NCBI GenBank assembly: GCA_030704615.1
Contig: CM060734.1
Location: 35,340,001 to 35,404,000 of the forward strand
From: Takakia lepidozioides
Taxonomy: Eukaryota > Plantae > Bryophyta
Length of the DNA stretch: 64,000 nucleotides
Direction of reading: 5' to 3'
Part shown: positions 1 to 12,300 of the stretch, one piece after another
Layout: every line of letters begins with the position of its first letter
How positions within the stretch are numbered: position 1 is the stretch's first letter
Program-made: the position numbers and the translations under genes
The notes under the pieces: model-generated
The model's input: only the letters and a program-made list of their open reading frames with translations
Database searches by the model: none
Told to the model about the DNA's origin: nothing

Positions 1-398
1 GTGAGTTGGTAGCAGCTTCCACATTCCAAAAGGGTCATGTTTCACGTGTTTGGAAGATAATTGCTCACTTGGCCACCTCGTGGTCGACTAGCATGGGTGG
101 CTGACGCAGTAGGGCGATGGACTTCATGACGAATTCCACAAATTGGAAACACAAATATCCAAATATTGTCCAACAGGGTGAAAGCCATCTTCATGGAGGC
201 AGCTGCTGCTGTCGAGCAGCTAGCACAGTGTATTTATAGATGAAGACGTAACTTTCATGGTATTTAGAAGCATACTAGTGTAGATCGAAGCGGAAACGAT
301 GTACACATGAAATTAGCTGCATTAGCTCTGTGTGCGAATGCTGGGCTCCTGCTTCGTGAAGGGTGTGTGCTTCATGTGGCTGACAATGTGGGTGGCAG

Positions 399-3300
399 AG
401 GGACAGGGGTCGGCAGTACCAGCTGAAGGAAGTGGCGTTGGCACTGTGCCTGGTGAACGCACTGGCTCTGGCTCCCACGTCTAATGACGGGAGGCGCCTA
501 CTGGCCTGGAAAACTAGCGCAGGTTCTGCCTGTGGTGATCTCTCACTTCTGGCCTACGAGGTGTTCTCGCCTGTCACCTACCCTGCGTTGATCTTTGGCT
601 CCGTACAGCTATTAGTTTGCCGTGTCTCTAGTGCTATCTTCATGTTCATCCTCATTTACCACTGAATGTGGCCAAACTTTCAAGCAGGAAAGTTGATAAT
701 GGAAATCCTGGATTAATGAATGCAACAACCAAGCTTTAAGAAGTAAATGAAACTGTCACTGTTCAATTGGTATGGAATGCATAAGAAATGTCTCTTGACC
801 TATAAGAAGCACCTTCTCTCTCTCTCTGAGCTTTCCGCGGACGGTATAAAGCACCATTTCACTATGAGGATAAAAAATGCTTGGCAGCCTACCTACACGA
901 GGCCTTCACCCTTAGACAATCGCTAGAACATTAATTGTGGTTTCTGGATTTGTTCCTCTCTCATGTTTTCTTCCATTTTGTCCCATAAGCTCTACGAGCT
1001 TTCCGCGGACGTTATAAAGCACCATTTCCATTTCCATTTCTCTACCAGAGATCCTAGTATGCTATTCTTCTCTCTCATGGGCCAGGCCTCCAGTGAACCC
1101 CATGGATGTCTCTTTCTTTCATTTCATTTCATTTCCTTATAAAGTACCATTTCATTTCATTTCTTTCCTTCGGGCTGCTTCCGGCTCCACTCTTTCTATC
1201 CTTTCTGTTTCTTGCTTTCCTTTTGTCCCATAAGCTCTTTGAGCTTTCTGCGGACATTATAAAGTTCCATTTCATTTCATTTCATCCTTCCTCCATCCCA
1301 CATTTGGTCTCTGTACTTCTGTTGTTGAATTGTCCTTCTTTGAACATTAACATGTGGATAATATCAATTGTTCAATTGTTCAGTCAATTGTTAATCTTCT
1401 TTTTTTGTGTGCATATGTGGGTAATGTTGCCTGTATGTGTGAAGCAAGGTTGGGGCTGAAGTCAGGGTCGGATGGGAGCAGGTTGTAAGTGCAAGGCAGC
1501 AACTGCAAACAGGGGAATTAAGCGTTCCTCAGCTCCATGTCCTTCTTGACCGTCTTTCGGCCTCCACTACCAGGTATGTTCTTTACTCTCTTCTCCATCG
1601 TTCCTGGGTAAGCCTTCTTGTCTTTAGCCGGTTCAGCTCATGTGTCCTCAATTGAAATGCAGGGGGAAACTGAGGTCCTAACCTAACGTTTGTGGGTGAT
1701 GGTGGCCAGAGAAGGGAAGGCAATGGTGCTTAGGGAACTGATTAAGCAGACCACTGCCCAAGAAATAAAGTGGATTGTGCGCATCATCTTACAAGGTTTC
1801 CAGTCTACTCTATTGTTGGTCGTTTGCCTGGAACTGCTTCTCTCCTATTCCTCATTGAGTTTTTGTTCATTTTGATGGGCAGACCTTCCTACTAGGAGTA
1901 GACTATGGCAATGTAAAGATGGAGAGAGAACATTGACTGTACTGATGGATGTCTGATTCACAGACATGAGGATAGGCGTAGGAGAGAAGACCATGTTGGA
2001 GGCATTGCATCCTGATGCAAATGCGCTGATGGCTCATTGTGTGGATCTCCACCACGTCTGCACCCAACTTGCCACTCCATCAGCCTGCTTCCTCCACCAG
2101 GTCTTGTTTCAAGCCTTATCTTCAAGGCTCCTAGACACACAAAGATTGGACAGACCAAAACTGCGGGACGGGTGGCTGGTTTCAAAACGGAAATTAGAAG
2201 TCTTTGTCAGTGTCCTCCTGTCTCTTACGACTGTGAATTCGTTGCCTCAGTGTTGTGGCTGCAAATGGTGCATATGGTAGCAGGAAGTGGTGGTGGGGAA
2301 AGGCCTAAAGAGCCAGCACTCAAAGCGCGTCTCCTCCATCGATCTTCTATGGGATACTGTATGTGCCTCAGCTCTCTTCTCACGCAGCTCCCTTGGCCCT
2401 TTTTCTCTCTCCTCTGAAGATCAGAAGATGTTACTGCCCTACCTGCATGAGGTACACCATCTTCATGCGGAAGAAAGCACGTCCACTGCAGGGATGTTAA
2501 CTTGGTGATGGTGATCCATGTTCATATGTCAAATTAAGTGTTGATGTGCTGTATGGGACAGAACTCCCAAGCATTAGGAGTGTCATGAAACCCTTACAAC
2601 TTGTTTAAAATTAGCATTGCACATCAGGCTCGCTGCATGGACTGGCATTTTGCTTGCAAGGCCCAGAATGTGTGATGGAGGGTTTTCAATTCAGAATGAT
2701 CACCTTCAATTCGACAAAATGTGAAGTCAAGGTGAGGTGTTGTCTCCATTTTGCTCAAATGGATGGACCTCCAAAAAAAGTTGGTTACTCTGAAGCAAGA
2801 CAGAACTAATAAATAATCCAGTCACTTTGGAAAGTTTCGTGGATGCAAGTCTGGAGTTAGCTCCGCACGCACATGGATACACAACTTCAAGCTCATAGAT
2901 TGAGAACTAATACAGTAGTAATTTTTCTGGTCTGAGGCTGGGATTACTGATGCTGTCCAAAGCTCAATACGCTGAGTGTTGCCCATAATAGAACTTCTTT
3001 CGAGCATGGAAAAAGCAATGGGGGTCATTGTTCCTGAGGGACCCTCCCACAAGTGGCCCTTATTTGAAGTCTAGACTAGAGAAGTGCTTACATGTCTGAG
3101 TAGGAAGTCAAGCTGTCTGGTGAAAGGTACCGATGTGCCCAATTTGTGAGGCATCCATTTCTGGTGAGTTAGTGGTTTTTCTCTAGAGGCCTTTTTGTGA
3201 GCAATTAAAAAGCACTACTGCATCTCTTTTGCCAAGGTTGAGTCTGGTATGAACTTTGTTGTGAGTATGTTTACCAAGTAGCACTGCCTGCTATCTTACA

Positions 3301-6300
3301 TATTAATTAATGGATTGAGCATCCTCATCCAGATGAAGGGCAAGAGGGTTGTGGCCGAGTGCAAATTTGATGGTGACCGAATGCAAGTACACAAGGATGG
3401 TGATTGCCTGCACTTCTGGTCACGGTATTGTCTTGTTCCTTGGTTTCCTTTGCAATTCTGCATTACCTCACCTGAACCTGCTAGCATCATTGCAATCGGA
3501 AGGCCCTTTGCCATTCAATCAATGAACTACTTTCAGCTGTGAGGACCCGAAAAGCCTGGCCTGCAAGCCCACTCTTGCACACTTGCTGCATAGATATGCA
3601 GCATCAATGGAAACAAGGTTAGGGTCAGCTGAATTGCTAGGTTTCTGGGTGGGACAGAAATGGGAAGGAACATGCAGAATACAATGTTGTACTTGGTCCT
3701 CTTCTTCAGCAACAAATTAAATCAAAGCGGTGTGCCATCTCACCTACTTTACCCACTGCCATGGTTTGTATGTACAATAAGATGTCAAGCATACTGTTAG
3801 CATCAACACCTGCGAAATGTCTCCGGTCAGCCTCTAGTCCTAGGTGGCTTGAAAATAACTAGATGAACTGGACTCTATAGAGCAATTAATGCTTTCTCAA
3901 GAAGATCAACTGCTGGTGGAAGCCATGATGTTGCCAGAATTTGCACATTATTGCCTCTGAAAACTGAAGTATGAAGTTGCTGTTCATGGTCCACTATCTC
4001 TCATTCCCTTCCTCTTGCTCTCTATTACATTGCTTAGATTAGCTTTGGATTGATTCTGAAGTTAAAAGGACAAGGCTTCGCAACGTTATTAGGCCCACCT
4101 TGCAGTACACATTTGCCATGTGGGAGGGAAATTCCAACCATGCTAAAACTTTGGTGTCCATCTCTTCCCCTTACCGGCACTGCCCCCTTTCAGGGGTGGG
4201 CAAGCAATCTAATAGAATGTACTCAAAAGACATTGTTTGCGATAGCCTTGTGGCCATAGTCCCCATGCCCAGTTTGGGTGACAAGAGGGAACATACACTG
4301 CCTTGGTGAGGGGCTTGCTCCAGTATTGGGACTTATGTTGATATAAACAATGTGTTATGACTTTCCAGATTTCCTCTAGAAAACCCTTCACACAAGCATC
4401 AATCTGCTGTGTGGATCTGCCCAGCGCCTTAGACCCCAACGAGGCCAGGGCTTTAGGCTCAGCCTCGAGATTTTGAAAGTTGGTGAATAGAGGTACAGGG
4501 ACTATGTTCCTGACGGTCACTGATGAGAATACCCCGGACATTGTATCAGAAAATGGGTATTTGGTATTAGGCATGTGACACCATCCAATCTTGCCTCATC
4601 ACATCGAGGGCTCAAGGACGGTGGGTCAAACTAGCCCACATTAGCTGTTCTACAGCACGCTGATATGCTCTCTTTGAGCACTTATTTAAGCTCACTTCAG
4701 TTGGCATCATCTCTCTATTAGATTTGATTTGACTTACAGACTGAAGAAAGCAGATGTGTGCTGGACGGGGAGTTACTAGTATGGGACTGCTGTGAGGAGA
4801 GGTTCAAGCCACGCACTCGCAACCTTAATCGTGATGCCGGTATGATATATTGCCCAACTTTTCAGTCTGACACGATAAACTTGAATTTTGTAGCTGGCTG
4901 TAAAGAATCGGTACTGGGACAGTAAGGCCTCTCGCACTGCAAAGCCCGACCACTCATATTTCCATTTGCCCAAGGGGTCATCTCTCTCCCAACTAGAACT
5001 GGGCGCGGGGTCAATGGCCACAAGGCTACGGCAAACAACGTCTTATGAGTACAATCTCTCCCAACTAGAACCCTGGATCAACACAGCCAGTTTGGCTCCC
5101 CTTGCTGGGTCCTTCTCACACCTACAGCCAATAGTAAAACCAATGAAAAATAGCCTACATGTCCGTAGAACTATAAACTGAAAGTCATTTGACTAGGGAT
5201 TTGAGAAAATATCTTACTGTCAATCTAGAGCTCCACTCACCCAACCAGCTCCACACAAACCTAGTTAATAAGCCAAACTGACACAGGATATGGATCTGGT
5301 TTGAGAGCCAGATCTGCACCTTTTTGGGAGGGAATTGTGTCCAGCATAGCTAATCGCCTGTTGATGATGTTGCATGGGATGGAATGGTGTCATTCCTTGT
5401 GGCAAGAGCAACCATAAGAGTCTAGAGAACTTGCTGTCTCTTGTTCAAAGATTCACCTTGATGTTGAGTGCGGGGTGTGGCAGCACGAGCAGCATGCAAA
5501 GGGTGGGACAGTGATGAGCAGGTGAGCTTCCCTCCCTGCACTTTCTTGCCACTTTCTCATGGGTGCAATAACTTGCATGTGTGTTTGTAAAGAAAGCAAG
5601 ATTTCATGAAGTAGAACATGAGCGGAGGCATCAGATTTACGAGAAATGAGAAATAAGCTTCAGTGACTACCTTGCCCATGAGGTTTCCAGTAGTAGGGAG
5701 ATATGAAGCAATGAAATGATATTTTATAATATCCGTGGAAAGCTCAAAGAGCAAATGAAATGAAATGAAATGAAGAAAGAGGGGACACTCCACAAGCAGC
5801 TAAAGAACAATCATTGCTCAAAAAATGAAATGGTACAAGAAAGAGGACCCAGAGTGATAAAGAATCCTAGGTAGGCAAAAGACACCGTAAGTGCAAACGG
5901 TAATTTTGAGTATGCTGCTGATTTTTTGCAGGTTTGCTGTATCCTCAAATGTAAGTGAGTGTTGTACAGAAGAGGAGATAGGAGAAAGTCAATCATGTGC
6001 AGTGCTCACAGTTGCATACGATTGTCCAAATTTCTCTCTCTTTCAAGCTGACAATTCTTTTCTGCACTCAGCCTTTGCTTCTTGCCCATTCTGCTCACCA
6101 TGAAACAGGGTCCTCCCCACATGTCTTTCTTGTGTGGAGTAGATTGTTTAGTGCAGTATTAGACCCTCCTCTGCATTACCAACCTTGTATGACATGGAAG
6201 ATGAATCCTAAGGGAAGCTTGCTTGCAGACTGCCAGAAAATGCAAGGATAACTGACCTGCACAGTCTGCCTGTCCACCTATGGGTGCTGTACTTAACCAA

Positions 6301-9300
6301 GGTGGTGGCAGACGTGGTGTTTGATATCTTGTATGCAGAACATGAAGGCAGTGTGCTGCATTTGCCTTTGACAGAACGTCATCTGCTCTTACAACGCATA
6401 GTCCACCCATGCTTCCCACGCATTGTTCCTATCCTTCCTGGTATTCTCCTTCCTGCTAATCAGGAGACATGACAGCTTGGTTGTGCTTCTTCCTACCTTC
6501 CTGAGCATCATGAGGGATCAATGCGACGTGTTGAGTGTATTGTTCTGCGGGAGGGAACAAATTAAGGAACAGACTAAGGAACTTCATAAGAGGAAGGTGT
6601 AGTACATGCACACACTCGCAAGTATGGCCATGGTAAGCTGAGGTTCCAAGTTCGGTGTTTGTCATAGGTGATGGTGGCTCACAGTGGTCGAGACTTCCCA
6701 AGTGCAAAGAAGAACTTTCTCAGTTTTTCCTGGAAACTATACAGCGTGGGTATTGTCTTCCGTCATCATCCTTGCTGTCCTTATTATCTACGGATACCTG
6801 CATCATCATTGTACAGGAAAGGGTTGAATACTCTCGATTAAGCACCCCATGGAGGTCCAATTGGTGGGTTGTCGATTGTAGATCGTCAGGCTGGGTGTGT
6901 AATTATAAGGTTGTGAGGTGGCAGGGATGAAGGTGTGATTGTGAAGGATATGGAATCGAAATGGGCTCCAGACAACCGGGATGGACGGTGGTGCAAAATC
7001 AAGCCTGATTATCTCAGCATGGGATCAGATCTTGACCTACTTATTATCGGTGTGTTTCTTTCCTGTCCTCTTTCTTTCATCTCTCCTTACCTGACAAGTC
7101 TTTTTATGTATGCATTCTTTCCAAATGTGACCAGTTCACTAACTCACTATTTGCTTTGAACTTTATTGTAATGGCTCTTCAAGGTGTGAGTTAGGTTGTT
7201 TGAGATGAAGATTTTCATGTATCAGTGCATTGGAAGAGGGAGAAAAGAAGTAGGGAAGGAAGAACTGAGAAAATGGGATCATAGTGGTGACCTGCCAATA
7301 ATTGATGCTAAGGTGCAAGCTGGTTGGCAGGAGGATACTATGGAACAGGCCAGCATGGAGGCCAGGTGAGCTCATTCATACCCCATGACCATTATGTTTG
7401 CATAACCACATCCGATCCGTCTCTTGCTTTATCTGATGTGTTTACCAGCAGCAATGGCAGACAGATTAGTAAATGGTACTCCATGTGATGACTACCTCAC
7501 ATCTCTCAGGTGAAGGTGCCGAAACAAGGCATCGCTTCCAGAGCTTCAAGACAGAGACCCACTGCCATATGGTCAATGTGCATTGTTTAGCATATTGCAC
7601 TAAATTTTTGAGTCCTGGTTTGGCAGCCCAGTGCTCATTAACGTACCCTGTATAGGCAGCGCCTTGAGACGTATGAATTGGAGCATGTCATTGCAGATTG
7701 TGTCCTACCTCCTGGCCCTCAAAGAGCACCCTGAGGCAAGAGTCCTCCCTTCCAGGTGACTTCCTTTTGATACAGGTCATTGCTCTCATCATACTTTACT
7801 AAATCAAATTTTTGTGTTTACATAGGTGTTCTTGTGCTCTTTAAGATCATTTTCTTAGAGTAGTTGTTTTCCTCAGATAAATCAAACAAGCTGTATGTCT
7901 TCACCCAGTATAGGAAAGGCTAGATGATCGGTGCTTACTGTCATATTTGCAGTGGAGCACATACTGAATGTGGCTTTCTACTGCAGGTTTTGGTCCATTT
8001 GCCGCTGTGGTGTCGGCCTTTCCGTATCTGACAATGCTCTCTTGCAGAGGAAGTTATCCCCTTACTTCATGTATGTTCCTCTCAGAAGTAGTTGCTTTTG
8101 GGCTGCTTCTGGCTTCACTCTGTCTTTTGTTCTCTTCCTCATTTCTTGTTTCCTTTTGGCCCATAAGCTCTTTGAGCTTTCTGCGAACATTGTAAAATTT
8201 CATGTCATTTCATTTCATTCCTTCTCTTGTCCCATAAGCTCTTTGACCTTTCCACAGATTTCCTAGAGTACCATTTCATTTCCTGCTTTATTATTCATAA
8301 ACAACAGGGAGCTGGTTATGGCAGTAAATTAAAAGATGTAAAGAGATGCTGCAGACATAAGGGAGAACATACTCACACAATTATGCTGTGCAGAAAGAAT
8401 AAGAAAGGAGGAAGGCCACCAGCTAACTCTGGGTATCTGGTTACAAAAAGTCGGTATGAGTGCCCAGATGTCTGGATCTCACCACCTGACAAGTATGTAT
8501 TTTGTATCTGAACATGCTGGATTGTGCACATATCCTCCGTTTTGAAGCCCTGATTTCCTGTATGTTAGCCAGCAGATGCATCAATTTGTGGTCCCGCTGG
8601 CATAGCTAGAAATATGCTATGCTAATCCTGACGAAGTGCTAGTTTCCACTTTTTCCAGGTCTATGGTGCTGCAAATTTCTGCGGAAAAACGTCTGTATGC
8701 CAGCTCTGTAGGCCTCCCACAACCCTGCAGAAAGCTTGAGCTTTTTGATTGCAGATGATTTCTTCTCTAAGCCTTTGAGGGACTTTAAATGTCGCAAGTT
8801 AGACATCTGCTGCCACAAGATGTAGTGCTGCTGAAGTGCCTTGCTGGAATTGATACCTCTGTATCTCCGTTATATATGTACGAATATATTCAATCCTTTG
8901 CTTTTAAAAAAAATGTCGCAAGTTAGACATCTGCTTGCCACAAGATGTAGTGCTGCTGAAGTGGCCTTGCTGGAATTGATACCTCTGTATCTCGTTATAT
9001 TTACGAATATATTCAATCCCTTAAAAAAAATGTCGCAAGTTAGACATCTGCTTGCCACAAGATGTAGTGCTGCTGAAGTGGCCTTGCTGGAATTGATACC
9101 TCTGTATCTCCGTTATATATGTACGAATATATTCAATCCCTTGCTTTATGCAAATTATGGTCACAAGATGTCTTTTGTTCTCCTTTTACAGACTTTCAAA
9201 GTAGGATGGACCTTCAGATTCCCAAGGGTGGAGAAAATCAGAGATGATAAGGACTGGCATGACTGCCTTTCTGTGCAAGGTCTGTTTCATCTTACCGAAG

Positions 9301-12300
9301 GTTGTCTTCTGTATGGTGGTGCTGGGGAGCATCCGTTTCCTTTGCGGTCACTTTGTGGCCATCCCCCTGCAGCAAGAGTAGGTCATAGCTCACGATACCT
9401 CAATCAATGCCTTTGGAATTGTGAAAATTGAATGAATGAGGGTGACTTGAGAATCATACGTGCAGCAAAGTAGGTCATAGCTCACGATACCTCATCAATG
9501 CCTTTGGAATTGTGAAAATTGAATGAGGGTGACTTGAGAATCATCGACACCAACAGTACACTGCGATGAACCATCATGGCGATTTCCCTGATGGCTGGTA
9601 CGTGCAGCAAAGTAGGTCATAGCTCACGATACCTCAATCAATGCCTTTGGAATTGTGAAAATTGAATGAGGGTGACTTGAGAATCATCGACACCAACAGT
9701 ACACTGCGATGAACCATCATGGCGATTTCCCTGATGGCTGGACATGGGCGGGGTTGTTTGTATCGTTCAGAGTTCCAGGGGATGGTGGAGTCTGCAAAGG
9801 CATGTGGGAGCAGCCTGGTGGGCAAGTACGCATCCCTTCCCACCACCAGCAAGGTGCACCAGAAGAAGCATGGCCGGAGCCGTACTGGCAGCATGGTGCT
9901 GGCCCACCTACAGAAGTGTGATGTGTCACATGTGACCCAACTCACTTCACACCTGCAAGGCCTGGTCTTCTGTATCCAGACCCTGAACCATCAGAACTCT
10001 TTACTGATATGGTCTATATATTTTGACGAGGGCTATTTCTGGGGGAAGAGGACCTATAGTCAGAATGTATACATGTCGTGGTTCTTGACAACAAAGGTTG
10101 TACAGATATTTGTAACTTGGGGATAGACGACCAGAATGACAATCTGTATGCACAAATAAAGCAGGCGGGCGGAAACACCGTCATGAATCTCCAGGCCTCT
10201 GTCACCCATGCAATTACGGCTCAACCCAAAGGTTCTTTCTCTGTACCTTTTTCCAGACATTTGATATCCCACAACCCATGAGCTCAAGGGTATGTCATGA
10301 GACTATATTTTGCAGGGGGCGGATGATTGAGATACCTCTAAAACCCACAGGTGTGTATTCTTTGGTACAATGCTATGATAAGCACAGTGTAAGGGGTAAG
10401 GGCTTCAAATTGGCATACCTTAGTGGATTCTGGTCCGTGAATAGGGCTCTTTCATTAACGAAGTGGCTACATTTTGTACAATTTAGTCACTAATTTCCTG
10501 CTGTGTAGGGGATAAAGGTGTTGGCTGAACTGCGGTCCCTCTACCACTGGAGCTCCAAGACACCATTTTCTAAAATCAAAAGAACCCCAGTTGAAAAATG
10601 TCCTGGTTGCCAAAGGTTTGACTGTAATGTGAACAAACATCAGCAAGGCTGGGATACCAACCCCTTAATTCTGTCTAGACTGCCGAGCATATGACATTGC
10701 TGAACCTTGCTGTCTCCCAGTTTCTCTTGTACAGCCATGTTCTAGAATGCAGGCACTACTGTGCGCCTTTTGGCCCAAGTAGCAGTGTTGGGGGGGAATG
10801 ATTGAGAGGAGGTCAGAGACATAGTACTTCTGAAGGATAGGAGAAATTCGTAGACAGATGATCGGGTGTCAGCAGCCTCTGACAAGGACGGTAGCACAGG
10901 GATGCACTACAAAGCAGCAGTAAGCGGTGATGAAGATGTGATAAGCTTAGTATGGCTGCGTGAGTGCCTTGACTACAAAGAGTTGCTGCCCATCTCCCCA
11001 AGGTGCTCACTTTGCTTTCAGTTCTGGATTGAATAGCTAGTGAGCAGAACTAAGTAATGCAGCTGGCATGTAGGTGTCAGCATCCCAGCGTTTGTGATGT
11101 TGCTTATGTCAAGATGCACACATTTGGATGGGCAAACATTGAATTGGTGACATGCAGGATGAATGCCATAATAGGACTGTAGAGCTCCAGAAGTGAGAAT
11201 GTGAAGGAGCAACCAACCATGCTTGTAAATGGCTGGGATTGCAGGCATTATATTCATATGTCCAACTCTACAAAGGAGAAGATAAAGGATAAAGTTGACA
11301 CATATGGTGACCCCTACTTCGACCATGTTGATAGTAAAGATCTGTGCCAGGTTTGTGTAACCAAGCCAACCAAAGTGCGTATATAGGGCACACTCTGATT
11401 TCATTTCATTTCATTTCATTTCATTTCCAATTTCTGTATCTCTCTTGGAGGTTTTTGAGCTTTCCACGGCCGTTGTAGCATTTCATTCCTCTTATAATAG
11501 TCCAGGTCTTCAACCTTTGTAGTGTGAGCAACTTTATCACAGGTATCATATGTAGTGCGAAATAAAAATGTCGGGGTAGAAGATCTTCTGTTTGCATGTT
11601 GTACACTAAAAGCACACCAAGGTGCCTAAGTTGTAGCTGCTGTGGAGGGTCTTGTAAAGCAAGGACATCTAAATCAGGGTATGGGTGTGTGTAGGTCTTT
11701 GCGAAGATAAAGAACCAAGGTGGGCCACCATTGCCAGCAGTGACCATACAAAGGATGGAACGTAATTTCCCAAGGCCATGGCGTTGGGCCACATTTCGTG
11801 GCATCTGCCTGTTTATGCTTCCCCCTATCCACTCCATGTACTGACTCTACTGCTGATGCCTATGGACTTTTGTACTGACTTCTATAGAGGCATCGTCTAA
11901 GGGGGCAGCTCCTGTTCCATAGGTCTCTATACCCTGTTTTCCCCAGCACCTTTCTGTCATATCGTATCCAAGATGTTCCAGCATTAACTGCAGCAATGCA
12001 TGGCAGAAACCCAGACACCCAGGTAGTGGCCCAAGCCACGCTCCACAGACTCGGGTTGGAGGCTGTCATGCTTGGTGCTTCCATGACAGAAAACTTGCAG
12101 GACGATGTCACCCATGTGGTTGTCTTCACAGAATCCAGCCTGCCTCTCCCCTTCACCTCAGTCCTTCGCAGGTCTGCTACTTCCTTGCTGTTTAAATTGT
12201 CATGGTTTCCATTTTGATGTGGCTCTCTCTGGCAATTCTCATATTTCAACTTGATATGCCTGGAGTAGAGCTTGAGTGTGATGCACCATGTACTGGTGGT

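Noticed and set aside
1106-1459. Hydrophobic Phe/His-rich ORFs (also 5557-5793, 14026-14214)
   Set aside because: They are translations of the (CATTT)n repeat family.
8841-9431. 196-aa ORF with internal repeats
   Set aside because: It is a chance read-through of the intronic tandem repeat into the real LIG4 exon at 9192-9279.
8787-9741. Repeat arrays as CRISPR-like or snoRNA clusters
   Set aside because: Whole units are duplicated with no unique spacers, no convincing paired C/D boxes, and a eukaryotic intronic context.
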